In this document: positions 31,980 through 43,064 of the stretch, in pieces
How the letters are laid out: each line of letters starts with the position of its first letter
Numbering within the stretch: the stretch's first letter is position 1
Source: Candidatus Saccharimonadia bacterium
GTDB lineage: Bacteria; Patescibacteriota; Saccharimonadia; UBA4664; JBIOIQ01
Assembly: GCA_044449985.1 (NCBI GenBank)
Contig: JBIOIQ010000005.1
Span: 1 to 63,268 of the forward strand
Length of the DNA: 63,268 nucleotides
Direction: 5' to 3'
Notes under the pieces: generated by a model
What the model was told of the DNA's origin: nothing
The model's database searches: none
Seen by the model: the letters and a program-made list of their open reading frames with translations, nothing else
Program-made: the position numbers and the translations under genes

Positions 31980-34880
31980 ATGAAGAAAGCCCAAGTTGCC
32001 GATTTTCCTGCCTTCGAGCACGAAATGCTCGCGGTATGGAAGCGCGAAAAAACATTTGAAAAAAGTCTTGAACTTCGCCGTGGTGCACCCTTATTTCGAT
32101 TTTATGACGGTCCGCCATTTGCGAATGGCCTACCTCATTATGGGCATGTCGTGGCAATAACCGAGAAAGACTCAGTCACTCGCTATAAAACTATGCGGGG
32201 GTATTATGTCCCGAGACGAAACGGCTGGGATACACATGGACTGCCGGTGGAATTCGAAGTTGAAAAACAACTCGGAATCTCTGGTAAAAAGCAGATCGAA
32301 GCCATGGGCATTGAAAAATTTAATGCTGTCGCCAGGGCGAGTGTGTTTAAGTATAAAGCTCAGTGGGAAGACTTTATGACCCGCATTGGTCGGTGGGCCG
32401 ATAAAGATGCCTATGCCACCATGGATGATGAGTATATCGAGAGTGTTTGGTGGGTATTGTCCGAGCTGAATCGCAAAGGCTTGGTTTATCGGGGATTTCG
32501 ATGTAACCCGTATTGTCCGCGCTGTGCGACTCCATTATCTAATTTTGAGCTCAATCAGGGATATCAAGATAATGTGTCCGATCCTAGTGTATACGTGAAG
32601 TTTAGCTTAAAAAATGATCAAAACACCGCTTTTTTGGCTTGGACCACCACACCCTGGACCCTACCTGCAAATTCTGCTCTGGCTGTGGTCGGTGATGCCA
32701 AATACGTCACAGTTGAGCTATTAACGGATGGAGATTCTTGGACCAAAGGTGAAAAGTTAATTTTGGCTAAGGCCAGACTCGATACGCTTGAGCTACGCAA
32801 TACTGAATATAAGGTTGTCAAAACCGTAGTTGGGAAAGAGCTAGCTGGAACGCAGTATCTGCCGCTCTACCAAGCCCCGAGTTTAACCGCATCCGAGCGT
32901 TCAAAAGCCTTTCGAATCTATGTCGATGACAGTGCCAGTATCGAAGATGGTACGGGAGTTGTGCATAGTGGCACGCGCTACGGTGAAACTGATTTAGCCC
33001 TATGTTTAGCCGAAGGACTACCTCTAATTGACAGCGTGAACGGCTCAGGCCAGATGAGTGATTGGCTCGAGTTTGTTGCCGGTAAGTTTTTTAAAGCGGC
33101 CGATCCTTTGATTATTGAGGATCTTACGAAAAAAGGGCATATTTTTGCCGCCGAAACTTTTACTCATACTTATCCTTTTTGTTGGCGCTGTGAAACGCCA
33201 CTCATGTATTATTCCATGCCGAGCTGGTTTGTACGTGTTTCAGATCTACGTGAGCGGTTAGTCGCAAATAATAATCAGATTAATTGGATTCCCGAGCATA
33301 TTCGTGAAGGTCGATTCGGCAATTGGTTGGCGGAAGCCCGGGATTGGAATTTTAGCCGTAATCGATATTGGGGAGCACCACTACCGATTTGGGTCAACGA
33401 GAGCGACGAGAATGATTTTTTCGTGATTGATTCAATCAAGATGCTCAAACAACTTTCCGGTCGCGATGAGTTTGATTTGCATCGTCCGGGAATTGACGAG
33501 CTCGTAATTATTCGAGACGGCAAGACTTATAAGAGAGTGGAAGAAGTCTTTGATTGTTGGTTCGAATCGGGCAGTATGCCTTATGCCCAGCTACATTACC
33601 CGTTTGAACATAAAGACTCATTTCCTAGTTCATTCCCGGCTGAATTTATTGCCGAAGGGCTTGATCAGACCCGGGGGTGGTTCTATACCTTACATGTACT
33701 AGGCACCGCATTGTTTGAAAAACCAGCTTTTAAAAATGTCATCGTCCATGGGATGGTGCTAGCGGCTGACGGTAAAAAATTATCCAAACGCCTGAGAAAC
33801 TATCCCGAGCCAAGAGAGATATTTGAAGGTACGGGGGCCGATAGTCTGCGCTACTTTTTAATGAGCAGTCCAGTCGAGAATGCGGAAGATGTCAGATTTA
33901 GCTATGACGCTGTCGATGAAGTGACCAGGAACGTGTTTATGACACTCTGGAATGTCTATAGCTTCTTTTCGACTTACGCTGAAATCGACAAATGGGAAGC
34001 GCCCAAAGAGTTGAGTATTGAAGGACTCAAGAATCCCCTTGATCAGTGGCTAATTGCTCGCCTCGAGGAGACGATTACCGAGACGACCTCGCAGGCTGAT
34101 GCATATCAGGTGTCTCGAGCTGTTCGACCACTGCGTGATCTAATTGATGATCTAAGTAATTGGTATGTTCGTCGGAGTCGTCGGAGATTTTGGAAGAGCG
34201 AAGACGATCAAGATAAACAGCAAGCCTACGCCACGCTCTATTACGCCCTGGTTCGCATAACGCAATTGTTAGCCCCCTGGGCGCCGTTTATCAGTGACAA
34301 ACTGTGGCGAGCTTTAACGGCAGGCACCAGTCTACCGAGCTCAGTACATCTGAGCGATTGGCCAACTCCCAACAAATTTGATAACCAAATTCTCGACCAA
34401 ATGAAACAGCTCCGAGAAATTGTCACGGTTGGTTTGTCCGCCCGAGCTGCAGCCGGTATAAAAGTGCGACAACCGTTGCAAGATTGTGTCGTTGTTGGCT
34501 ATTCGGAACTTGCCGAAGGGCTTGCTACTATTGCAAGAGAGGAGCTAAACATTAAAAAACTTGTTCAGAAGAATGGAAGTGAAAAAGCCGTTTTGTTGAA
34601 CACGGAAATTACTCAAGAACTCAAACTAGAAGGTCTTGCGCGCGATCTCATTCGCTCAATCCAAGCCAAACGCAAACAAATTGGACTTGAGGTTGACGAT
34701 CGAATTAATCTGGAAATCGGGGTTAATTCGGGCGACCTAGCCAATGCCGCAAAAAAATTTAGTGACCTTATTGCTCAGGAGACTCTGGCGACAGAGATAC
34801 ACCATACCAAACTCTCTCTTGCAGAAGTTCCTATCCGAATTGGGGAAGATAGTTTAACGCTTACTCTAACGAAGAGTTAA
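31980..34880 (+). CDS. ileS: Isoleucyl-tRNA synthetase
   Basis: HIGH-type PHYGH and KMSKS-type KLSKR motifs, a CP1 editing domain, 966 aa. Confidence 0.97.
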   Translation: MKKAQVADFPAFEHEMLAVWKREKTFEKSLELRRGAPLFRFYDGPPFANGLPHYGHVVAITEKDSVTRYKTMRGYYVPRRNGWDTHGLPVEFEVEKQLGISGKKQIEAMGIEKFNAVARASVFKYKAQWEDFMTRIGRWADKDAYATMDDEYIESVWWVLSELNRKGLVYRGFRCNPYCPRCATPLSNFELNQGYQDNVSDPSVYVKFSLKNDQNTAFLAWTTTPWTLPANSALAVVGDAKYVTVELLTDGDSWTKGEKLILAKARLDTLELRNTEYKVVKTVVGKELAGTQYLPLYQAPSLTASERSKAFRIYVDDSASIEDGTGVVHSGTRYGETDLALCLAEGLPLIDSVNGSGQMSDWLEFVAGKFFKAADPLIIEDLTKKGHIFAAETFTHTYPFCWRCETPLMYYSMPSWFVRVSDLRERLVANNNQINWIPEHIREGRFGNWLAEARDWNFSRNRYWGAPLPIWVNESDENDFFVIDSIKMLKQLSGRDEFDLHRPGIDELVIIRDGKTYKRVEEVFDCWFESGSMPYAQLHYPFEHKDSFPSSFPAEFIAEGLDQTRGWFYTLHVLGTALFEKPAFKNVIVHGMVLAADGKKLSKRLRNYPEPREIFEGTGADSLRYFLMSSPVENAEDVRFSYDAVDEVTRNVFMTLWNVYSFFSTYAEIDKWEAPKELSIEGLKNPLDQWLIARLEETITETTSQADAYQVSRAVRPLRDLIDDLSNWYVRRSRRRFWKSEDDQDKQQAYATLYYALVRITQLLAPWAPFISDKLWRALTAGTSLPSSVHLSDWPTPNKFDNQILDQMKQLREIVTVGLSARAAAGIKVRQPLQDCVVVGYSELAEGLATIAREELNIKKLVQKNGSEKAVLLNTEITQELKLEGLARDLIRSIQAKRKQIGLEVDDRINLEIGVNSGDLANAAKKFSDLIAQETLATEIHHTKLSLAEVPIRIGEDSLTLTLTKS

Positions 34881-34914
34881 TGGCTCATTCTAAAAAAGCG
34901 CTATACTGGTAAGG

Positions 34915-36024
34915 ATGTTTCAAAAGCGGTTTTGGAAAAACTTTGATCTGATCTTACTTGTCGTAACATTGCTACTCACGAGCGTTGGCATATTGGTGCT
35001 ATATTCCATTCGTTTTCATGCGACAGATGTCGGTTCATCGGTTGATGTTCGTAATCAGATAATATTTACGCTTGGTGGTTTAATTGGGCTGTTCGTTGCT
35101 GCCCGGATCGATTACCGGACTTGGGCCAAGTTTACGGCGCCGTTATATGGCCTGATGTTAATGCTACTTATTATCGTGATGCTGGCAGGCAAATCTGCCC
35201 TCGGTGCAACTCGTTGGATAAACTTGGGATTTTTCCAATTTCAGCCTTCAGAACTAGCGAAACTGGTTCTAATCATTGTGCTGGCGCGGTTTTTTGCTGA
35301 TCACTACGAACAAATGGATCAACCGCGCTATATGATAGCCTCGGTCTTATATTTAATTCTTCCGCTAGGACTGGTGCTTGGGCAACCTGATCTAGGTACC
35401 GCCATGGTGCTGGGCGTAGTTTGGCTGGCTATGATATTAATGACTAAGATTCCCAAGTATTACTTCTTAATCGCTGCGGCCCTGGCGGTAGTAATGTTTC
35501 CTATCGGTTACCGATTTTTGGGAGCCTATCAAAAAGCCAGGTTGGCAGTATTTCTCCATCCGGCGGCTGATCCCCAAGGTCGTGGTTTTAATGTCTTGCA
35601 ATCGACAATTGCTGTCGGCAGCGGCCAAATTTTTGGACGAGGCCTAGCGGCCGGCAGCCAGAGCCAACTTAATTTTCTCCCGAGTCAACATACCGATTTT
35701 ATCTTTGCAGTCCTGGCCGAGAAACTGGGCTTAATCGGCGGGATTTTACTGCTGTTCTTGTTTGGCTTGATGTTATCGCGAGGCTTACTAATAGCTTATC
35801 GGGCACAAGATCGATTTGGGATGTTTCTGGCTATCGGGCTCGTGAGCATGTTTTTCTTTCATGTCTTTATAAATGTTGGGATGAATATGGGGATAATGCC
35901 GGTCACGGGCATACCTTTGCCGTTTATAAGTTATGGTGGTACTAGCTTAATTATCGGACTTATTGGGGTTGGGTTGTTAGAGTCCATCAACGTCAGACGT
36001 AAAAAACTCGAATTCGGAAATTAA
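34915..36024 (+). CDS. SEDS family peptidoglycan glycosyltransferase (FtsW/RodA)
   Basis: About 10 TM segments, with conserved SEDS motifs (QPSELAK, TDFIFA, PLPFISYGGTS). Confidence 0.9.
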   Translation: MFQKRFWKNFDLILLVVTLLLTSVGILVLYSIRFHATDVGSSVDVRNQIIFTLGGLIGLFVAARIDYRTWAKFTAPLYGLMLMLLIIVMLAGKSALGATRWINLGFFQFQPSELAKLVLIIVLARFFADHYEQMDQPRYMIASVLYLILPLGLVLGQPDLGTAMVLGVVWLAMILMTKIPKYYFLIAAALAVVMFPIGYRFLGAYQKARLAVFLHPAADPQGRGFNVLQSTIAVGSGQIFGRGLAAGSQSQLNFLPSQHTDFIFAVLAEKLGLIGGILLLFLFGLMLSRGLLIAYRAQDRFGMFLAIGLVSMFFFHVFINVGMNMGIMPVTGIPLPFISYGGTSLIIGLIGVGLLESINVRRKKLEFGN

Positions 36025-36081
36025 AGTCGCGCTTCTAAAGGGTTTACAGCTCGGGTTAAATCTGGTAATGTAGTTCAAGTT

Positions 36082-36381
36082 ATGCAAGCTGTAATTACAA
36101 CCGGTGGCAAGCAATATCTTGTTAAAAAGGACCAGACTCTAGAAGTTGAGTTGCTTGGTGATGCGAAAAAACTAGAGTTTGAAGCTTTGTTATGCATTGA
36201 CGGCGATAAGATTCAAGTCGGCAAGCCCTTTGTTAAAGACTTGAAAGTTAAAGCCGAAGTTCTCGAAGAAACCAAAGGCGAAAAAATAAAGGTCCTTAAG
36301 TTTAAGCCAAAAAAACGGGTTAAGAAATTGACCGGACATCGCCAACATTATTCAAAGATAAAGATCGTTTCTATCGGCTAA
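36082..36381 (+). CDS. rplU: 50S ribosomal protein L21
   Basis: MQAVITTGGKQY.V N-terminus and C-terminal KFK.KKR...GHRQ. Confidence 0.92.
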   Translation: MQAVITTGGKQYLVKKDQTLEVELLGDAKKLEFEALLCIDGDKIQVGKPFVKDLKVKAEVLEETKGEKIKVLKFKPKKRVKKLTGHRQHYSKIKIVSIG

Positions 36382-36520
36382 TATTATGTTCGCTGGGGCG
36401 TTTGGGAAGTAGCCGTTTAAGCCACGCGAGCGGACCGAAAACGCGCGTGAAAATACTCGAGACATACGAGCTAGTAGCATAAGCTCTAATCTGGTAAGAT
36501 AGAAATGAAATGAGGGGCAA

Positions 36521-37279
36521 TTGGCAAAAATAATTGCAATCACAAATCAAAAAGGTGGTGTTGGTAAAACTACTACCACGATCAACCTAGGCACCTACTT
36601 AGCTAAGGCCGGAAAAAGGGTTTTAGTGGTTGATCTTGATCCTCAAGGAAATACCTCAAGTGGGCTTGGGATTGATAAGCAGTCGCTAGCTCAGGATTTA
36701 TACTCTGTTTTGATTGATGGACTTGCACCTGCAAAAGTAATTATTCGAACCGATTTTCACGGGCTTGAAATTCTACCGGCAGCACCAATCTTGGCCGCGG
36801 CCGAAGTCGAATTAGTCTCAGCTGTAGCGCGCGAGTTTAAATTGCAACGGGCGCTCCGAGAGCTTGAGTACGATTTCATTTTAATTGATTGTCCGCCTTC
36901 ACTTGGGCTGCTGACGATCAATGGGCTAGTAGCGGCACAGTATGTCTTAATCCCTGTGCAGGCCGAATATTATGCACTTGAAGGACTTGGCCAACTCATT
37001 TCAACCATTCAGCGGGTCAAGAAAGCCTTAAATCCTGGCCTCAATCTCTTGGGCATCGTTGTGACGATGCATAACGGCCGGACGACTTTATCGGCGCAAG
37101 TGTATGATGAGGTGAAACGACATTTTCCTGATAAAACCTTTGAAACGATAATTCCCCGAAATGTTCGTCTGGCCGAAGCGCCGAGTCACGGCAAGCCGAT
37201 TAGTCACTATGATCGTTGGAGCAAAGGCGCCAAAGGTTATAAACTATTGGCAAAAGAAGTGCTTGATCGGATCAAATAG
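36521..37279 (+). CDS. parA: Chromosome partitioning ATPase ParA/Soj
   Basis: Deviant Walker A NQKGGVGKTTT and a TTG start, followed by parB. Confidence 0.93.
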   Translation: MAKIIAITNQKGGVGKTTTTINLGTYLAKAGKRVLVVDLDPQGNTSSGLGIDKQSLAQDLYSVLIDGLAPAKVIIRTDFHGLEILPAAPILAAAEVELVSAVAREFKLQRALRELEYDFILIDCPPSLGLLTINGLVAAQYVLIPVQAEYYALEGLGQLISTIQRVKKALNPGLNLLGIVVTMHNGRTTLSAQVYDEVKRHFPDKTFETIIPRNVRLAEAPSHGKPISHYDRWSKGAKGYKLLAKEVLDRIK

Positions 37280-37352
37280 TTTGATAAGTCCGCATTCGGT
37301 ACGTGTTTTTGCGGGCATGGATTTGTTAAATTCAACCTGATATAATGAAACC

Positions 37353-38255
37353 ATGAGCAGTAACAGTCGTGGGTTGGGAAGAGGATTTGATGCATTAATT
37401 CCGACTCAGATCATTGAGGAGGAATTTGATCCTACCGTGAAGCCGGTCGCATCTGGCAAAGCGGTATCTTCCGATATGATTCGGAATGTCCCCCCGAATT
37501 CGGTCAAGCCGAATCCTCATCAACCCCGTCAAAATTTTGATGAAGCATCTTTACAGGATCTGGCTGAATCTATTCGCCAGCATGGCATAATCCAAGCGTT
37601 AATTGTGACCGAGTCCGCTCCGAATGAATATGAGTTAATCGCTGGCGAAAGAAGACTACGCGCCGCCAAAATGGCCGGTCTTAGAACCGTACCGGTGATT
37701 GTTCGCAGCTATACCGATCAACAGAAACTCGAACTGGCTTTAATTGAAAATTTGCAGCGCAAAGATCTCAATCCAATTGAAACTGCTACATCTTATCGAA
37801 AATTGGTTGATCAGTTTAATTTAAGCGCACCGGAAATAGGTCGCCAAATTGGCAAAGACGAATCGACTATTCTAAATACAATGCGCTTGTTGACGCTGCC
37901 TCTTGAAGCGAAACGAGCAGTCGCGAATGGTCAGATAACGGAAGGTCATGCTCGAGTAGTTCTGACGGTCTCAAACCCTGAGAAACAACTAGAGTTAGCC
38001 AAACTCATTATCGAGCACGGCTGGACAGTTCGCCAAACCGAAGAATTTGCTCGTGTCTTCCGAGTCAAGCAAGCAACCAAAGAAACGGGAATGGCCCGAA
38101 TTGCTGGGACGAATGCTTTGACGCAGACGCTGGGCCAATATCTAGGTACGAAAGTGAACGTTGTCTATACTGCGAGGGGAGGGAGACTCCAAATAGAATT
38201 TTATTCAGATGAAGAGCTCGAACGCATCTTTAATGCTATACGGAAACAAGACTAG
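37353..38255 (+). CDS. parB: Chromosome partitioning protein ParB/Spo0J
   Basis: ParB-box motifs (NPHQPR, GERRLRAAK) and an HTH segment. Confidence 0.93.
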   Translation: MSSNSRGLGRGFDALIPTQIIEEEFDPTVKPVASGKAVSSDMIRNVPPNSVKPNPHQPRQNFDEASLQDLAESIRQHGIIQALIVTESAPNEYELIAGERRLRAAKMAGLRTVPVIVRSYTDQQKLELALIENLQRKDLNPIETATSYRKLVDQFNLSAPEIGRQIGKDESTILNTMRLLTLPLEAKRAVANGQITEGHARVVLTVSNPEKQLELAKLIIEHGWTVRQTEEFARVFRVKQATKETGMARIAGTNALTQTLGQYLGTKVNVVYTARGGRLQIEFYSDEELERIFNAIRKQD

Positions 38256-38267
38256 ATAATTTAGCCC

Positions 38268-39062
38268 CTAAATAAAGTGGGTGATGTAGAGAATAGGCAT
38301 TTCAGCTTCGGCAAAGAGCCTGAATTGATCAAGTGGCAGCAGGCGGACCACAGCATTACCGATAATATAACTCGATGGTAAGAAACCCCAATCCCTTGAA
38401 TCAAAAGAACCGTTGGGCGTGCGGTTATCACCTAGCACGAAAATGTCACCTTGAGGAACCGTATCGTCGAAATTGCCTAGGGTAGTGTTGGCGGCTCGTT
38501 GGTAGGTTTCAACATCGGGATTTAAACCGTTGGGATTGGCAGCATTGTAAACGGTCACTTGGCCATTTTTGACCACTACGTGTTCGCCCGGCAGTCCGAT
38601 TACACGCTTAACGAAAATTAAGCTCGGATCTTTCGGATAATGAAAAACAACAATATCATAGCGAGTTGGAATATAGTCTTTATGTTCGGCAGAACTGATG
38701 GTTTTGCCCAGCTTTGAAACGATAATGTAATCGGCGTCATGCAGGGTTGGATTCATGCTTGATCCGACGACATGAAAAGCTTGAAAGACGAAGTTATGTA
38801 GAATAAATACAATGATAAGTGGTATTACTATCCAGTTCAGAAGAGCAAAGAATACTCCGGAAAGTCGCGACCCAAAACTTGGTGAATCTTGATTTGACTC
38901 GGCTGGCGAGACTGGGGTTGGAACGTTTTGGGCGTGAGGTACTTCGTTAGGTGGCGCTGAAGGATTCAAAATTGGGGTGAAATCGGTTGGTATTACTGGA
39001 CCCGATTGGCTTGGTCCGACAGGAGTAATATCGTTCGAATTTTTCGTTTCGTTGGTATCCAT
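38268..39062 (-). CDS. lepB: Signal peptidase I
   Basis: GSSMNPTL (catalytic Ser), KRVIGLPGE (catalytic Lys), GDNR..S.DSR box E, and a long Pro-rich N-terminal tail. Confidence 0.92.
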   Translation of the reverse strand: MDTNETKNSNDITPVGPSQSGPVIPTDFTPILNPSAPPNEVPHAQNVPTPVSPAESNQDSPSFGSRLSGVFFALLNWIVIPLIIVFILHNFVFQAFHVVGSSMNPTLHDADYIIVSKLGKTISSAEHKDYIPTRYDIVVFHYPKDPSLIFVKRVIGLPGEHVVVKNGQVTVYNAANPNGLNPDVETYQRAANTTLGNFDDTVPQGDIFVLGDNRTPNGSFDSRDWGFLPSSYIIGNAVVRLLPLDQFRLFAEAEMPILYITHFI

Positions 39063-39155
39063 ACTTGCGTAGTATACGCGTCAGTCAATCACTTAAGCAA
39101 GCTTAGTGGAGTTATTGCTTTACGGTCGAAATTTAGATCGATATACTTAAGCGCA

Positions 39156-40559
39156 ATGAACAAACCTGAAAATTCTCGGAAGCGACAACTTGACGGACCG
39201 ATAAGAAAACGTCCAGTGCAACCCGCGGTAACGCTCGAGCGCGAGACCGCTGTCCTTCTACCGCCAAAAAATAATCTGCAGCCAAAACCAACTTCTTCGC
39301 CTAGAACAATTGCTCGAATTCTGATAGTCCTTGGGATTAGCTTAGTTGTACTTGTTCTTTATTTGGTGATTAAAATTTTTGTGGCGACCAATGCGATTAT
39401 TACGCGTAATACTTCGCTGGAGGCTCCGGCTTTGGTCGGTACGGTTACTCCGCAAAAACTTAAAGCCGAGGGTGATGGTCGGATCAATATTTTACTACTT
39501 GGGATCGGCGGGGCCGGTCATCCCGGGGGAAGTTTGAGTGATACTATGATGATCGTAAGTATTGATCCATCGAGCAAATCAGTCGCTATGTTAAGTATTC
39601 CTCGAGATCTCTGGGTCCAAATTCCCGGTCATGGTTACGCCAAAATTAATGCTGCCAACGCTTATGGTGGTCCTGATCTGGCGAAAAGTGTCGTTTCTAG
39701 CATCTTTGGTGTTCCAATTAATTACTACATTCAGCTTGATTTTGCGGGCTTTCGACAAGCAGTTGACGAAGTCGGAGGTATAGACGTCGTCAACGGCAAT
39801 AATTTAAGTGATCCGAATTACCCCTGTGATGATGAAAGTGGAAATATTTGCCCGTATTATTTAGCGGCGGGAAGTTATCATTTAGACGGGACCCAAGCTC
39901 TTAAATACGTCCGCTGTCGGGAAGGAACGTGCGGCACTAATTATGGGCGGGAAGACAGGCAGCGGCAAAGTTTGCTGGCGCTTCAAAAAAACGCCTTGGC
40001 TCTAGGAACGATTACGAATCCGGTGAAGTTGTCCAGCCTGATTGGAATAGTTGGAAATCACTTGCGAACTGATTTAAATTTAAGTGACATCGCCAAGCTC
40101 TCCTCGATGCTTTCAAGTGTTACGGCCTCAAACGTCGTCAGTTCGGGCCTAGAAGCCATCACTACTTCGGGCTGGATAGATGGTCAAAGTGTGGTACTAC
40201 CGAAAACCGGAAATTTACTTGAGCTACAAACCTTTGTTCATTCAATTTTTCCCGATAGCTATTTGACGCGTGAAAATGCGGCTATTGCGCTCGAAAATGG
40301 CAGTACCAAAGATGGCCTTGAAGAAAGCGTTGGTGCACTGCTTAAGTCATATAACTATCGTGTAATTTCAACGAGTGTTGCGAAAGATCGAAATTATCCC
40401 GCCACGATAATTTACGATTACACTAATGGAGCAAAGCCTTATACTCTTAATTATTTAGAAAATCGCTTTGGTGTTGGCGCTCAGGAAGCTACCCGACCAT
40501 CGGGAGACGCCGCTGATATACGGATCATAATAGGCGACAATTATCAACCATCATCCTAG
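39156..40559 (+). CDS. LytR-CpsA-Psr (LCP) family cell-envelope polymer transferase
   Basis: N-terminal TM segment, then INILLLGIGG...SDTMMIVSIDP...SIPRDLWV...KINAA. I prefer the ATG at 39156 because the track start at 39006 overlaps lepB. Confidence 0.88.
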   Translation: MNKPENSRKRQLDGPIRKRPVQPAVTLERETAVLLPPKNNLQPKPTSSPRTIARILIVLGISLVVLVLYLVIKIFVATNAIITRNTSLEAPALVGTVTPQKLKAEGDGRINILLLGIGGAGHPGGSLSDTMMIVSIDPSSKSVAMLSIPRDLWVQIPGHGYAKINAANAYGGPDLAKSVVSSIFGVPINYYIQLDFAGFRQAVDEVGGIDVVNGNNLSDPNYPCDDESGNICPYYLAAGSYHLDGTQALKYVRCREGTCGTNYGREDRQRQSLLALQKNALALGTITNPVKLSSLIGIVGNHLRTDLNLSDIAKLSSMLSSVTASNVVSSGLEAITTSGWIDGQSVVLPKTGNLLELQTFVHSIFPDSYLTRENAAIALENGSTKDGLEESVGALLKSYNYRVISTSVAKDRNYPATIIYDYTNGAKPYTLNYLENRFGVGAQEATRPSGDAADIRIIIGDNYQPSS

Positions 40560-40591
40560 GATAAGCCGGGCTGTAGTATAATCATGGAGCC

Positions 40592-41344
40592 ATGAAAATT
40601 CGGAGTTATTTACTTTCCCGAACTCTCGCCGCAAGCATCGGGATTGCAGTGCTTGCGAGCTTACTTGCAATTAATCACCAACCGGTAATCGGGATAATCA
40701 TTATTGGTCTGTTTGAGCTCGGTCGATGGTGGCGGGCGGGGGAACTCGAACTACCACAAATTCAGCGTGATTGTTGGATTTGGCTGTCCGGCTTCGCTGT
40801 GGTCGGAATCATTACACTCAACCCAGTCTTAGTCCCGCAAATAATAATTGGTGCTTTGTATGGCTTTTGGCGGAGTTATCTTGTGAGCGGTGATGCAAGC
40901 AAACAATTTTTTCGCCTGCGAGCTGCCGGTGTTACCCAGGCCCTGGTATTTTGGGCCATTTTTTTGTCCGCTGCCGTCTGGCATTGGAACGTAATCATCA
41001 TACTTATCTTAGTCTGGTCGAGCTCCTGGCTTATAAGCTACCAAGCTTTAAATGACAAAATTGATCGTTCGGCCGGAATCTTATCTTTAACTTGGGCTCT
41101 TATTGCCGCCGAATGTAGCTGGATATTTTCTTTATGGCTCGTAAATTACATTCTTTTTAACGGACTTATCATCATTCCGCAGCCTTCCTTAGTATTAACT
41201 GCAATGGGCTATTGTCTAGCTGGTATCTATGTGTCACATCGTCGAGGTCAATTGTCTCGCGCTAGGCTGGTAGAGTATCTGATGGTTGGTCTGGTTGTGC
41301 TTATCATCGTAATTGCAGGTACAAAATGGAACGGTGTGATTTAA
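40592..41344 (+). CDS. Polytopic membrane protein, unknown function
   Basis: 250 aa with ~7 hydrophobic segments and no recognisable catalytic motif. Confidence 0.55.
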   Translation: MKIRSYLLSRTLAASIGIAVLASLLAINHQPVIGIIIIGLFELGRWWRAGELELPQIQRDCWIWLSGFAVVGIITLNPVLVPQIIIGALYGFWRSYLVSGDASKQFFRLRAAGVTQALVFWAIFLSAAVWHWNVIIILILVWSSSWLISYQALNDKIDRSAGILSLTWALIAAECSWIFSLWLVNYILFNGLIIIPQPSLVLTAMGYCLAGIYVSHRRGQLSRARLVEYLMVGLVVLIIVIAGTKWNGVI

Positions 41345-41420
41345 TTAAAGCTTAAGCAAATTCTCAGTTGTGGTTGATAATTTCAGTATAATAGCCAAAA
41401 AGGAGTGAGTGAGGTTCATT

Positions 41421-42629
41421 ATGCCAGAAAAAAGCCCTAGTGAAGAAGCCAGCGAATTAGCGTCATTTCATAGGTCCTCGCATCACGGCGCGTCCCAACT
41501 GGAAGGTGCTAGTTTTAGCTACTCTATGCTTAAGAAATTCGTTGTCGTAGCGTTAGTATTCGGAGCAATCGGAGGTGTTGGTGGCGGTTTATTAATTGCG
41601 AAATATGGCAATATTTCTAGTTCATCGGTGGTGAGCCACCAACAAGTTGTGCTGCAAGATAGCTCGGCTGTGATCAGTGTTATAAAAAATGTATCACCCA
41701 GTGTCGTAAGTATAAGTTCGAGCTCAACGGTGGCAGGTTTATTTGGTCTTAGTACTTCACAAGAGTCTGCCGGAACGGGCATAATTGTGAGCTCGGACGG
41801 ACTAATCATGACAAATAATCATGTGGTTGACGGTCAATCCAGTCTCACGGTAACCACTTCTGACGGTAAAGTTTACTCGAATGCCACGGTCGTCGCCACG
41901 GATGCGACCCGAGATATTGCGTTTATTCGGGTCAAGGCCAGCGGACTCAAAACGGCGACACTAGGGGAATCAAATAATTTACAAGTTGGTACGCGAGTAG
42001 TGGCGATTGGTAATGCCCTGGGTCAATTCCAGAATTCTGCGACTGAAGGGATAATTTCCGGTTTGGGTCGAGACATCCAAGCAGGAGACCAATCGAGCAC
42101 TGCTAGCTCCGAGTCACTAAGCAATTTGATTCAAACCGATGCTGCCATTAACCCTGGAAACTCCGGCGGTCCGTTGGTTGATATTAGTGGCAATGTTATT
42201 GGCATGGACACTGCAATCTCATCGCAAGCCCAAAATATTGGTTTTGCTATACCGGTAGATGAACTGAAGTCAGCTCTTTCGAGTGTGCAGTCCAAGGGCA
42301 CGATCGCACACCCATATCTTGGAGTTCGCTATATAACGATTACTCCGGACTTTGCTGCCAACAATAATATCACTACTCAAAACGGTGCGTATATCACGGG
42401 AGACATCAATAACTTGGCTGTACTGCCCGGAAGTCCGGCTGCCAATGCGGGACTTGAAGAAGGCGACATTATTACCAAGGTCAACTCCGACACACTGGAC
42501 CAGAACAATGATTTGTCCGGCTTAATTAGTAAATACAATGTCGGTGATAAGTTAACTATTACTTACATACGTAGCGGAAAAACTCTGACAACAACCGTCA
42601 CTCTCCAGCAAGCTCCCAGCGGACAATAA
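41421..42629 (+). CDS. htrA: HtrA/DegP-family serine protease with one PDZ domain
   Basis: Catalytic triad context (TNNHVV, DIAFIRV, GNSGGPLV), an N-terminal TM anchor and a C-terminal PDZ domain (GSPAANAGLEEGDIIT). Confidence 0.92.
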   Translation: MPEKSPSEEASELASFHRSSHHGASQLEGASFSYSMLKKFVVVALVFGAIGGVGGGLLIAKYGNISSSSVVSHQQVVLQDSSAVISVIKNVSPSVVSISSSSTVAGLFGLSTSQESAGTGIIVSSDGLIMTNNHVVDGQSSLTVTTSDGKVYSNATVVATDATRDIAFIRVKASGLKTATLGESNNLQVGTRVVAIGNALGQFQNSATEGIISGLGRDIQAGDQSSTASSESLSNLIQTDAAINPGNSGGPLVDISGNVIGMDTAISSQAQNIGFAIPVDELKSALSSVQSKGTIAHPYLGVRYITITPDFAANNNITTQNGAYITGDINNLAVLPGSPAANAGLEEGDIITKVNSDTLDQNNDLSGLISKYNVGDKLTITYIRSGKTLTTTVTLQQAPSGQ

Positions 42630-42695
42630 TTAAGAGGTTTCCCGGGTTTTTGATCCTTCAGGTTTCGCTTTAAACGAGCCGAGAAATAGCTGGAG

Positions 42696-43064
42696 CTAGT
42701 GCTCGATCAATCCAAGAAGTCTGGTTCGTAGAGCTTTGGCTTGAGCAAGCGAGACGTCAAACACATTCTTACCGTAGGTTTCGACGATTGAGCTATCTGG
42801 ACGAAGCAAATAATGTTCAATATTTTCTGGCTCTTTAACGGTAATTTCGGCAAGCCATTCGAATTCAGGGCGGGCGATTTCCTCGGTAGTTGAGATTTCG
42901 ACGCTTGAATTATCAGTTGGTGTAAAGTAAGCAGTAGTGAGAATTAGTTCGTCCGGCGGAAAGTCTATTAAATCTCTCCCATGCGTGAGTTTCTTGTTCT
43001 GGGATTGATATATTAATCGGCTCACGATCGATATGAGCTCTGCGTGAAGTTGGGCAATATCCAT
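42696..43064 (-). CDS. Hypothetical 122-aa acidic protein abutting prmC
   Basis: Its start codon directly follows the prmC stop with no gap, and it is co-directional with prfA-prmC. No recognisable motif. Confidence 0.5.
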   Translation of the reverse strand: MDIAQLHAELISIVSRLIYQSQNKKLTHGRDLIDFPPDELILTTAYFTPTDNSSVEISTTEEIARPEFEWLAEITVKEPENIEHYLLRPDSSIVETYGKNVFDVSLAQAKALRTRLLGLIEH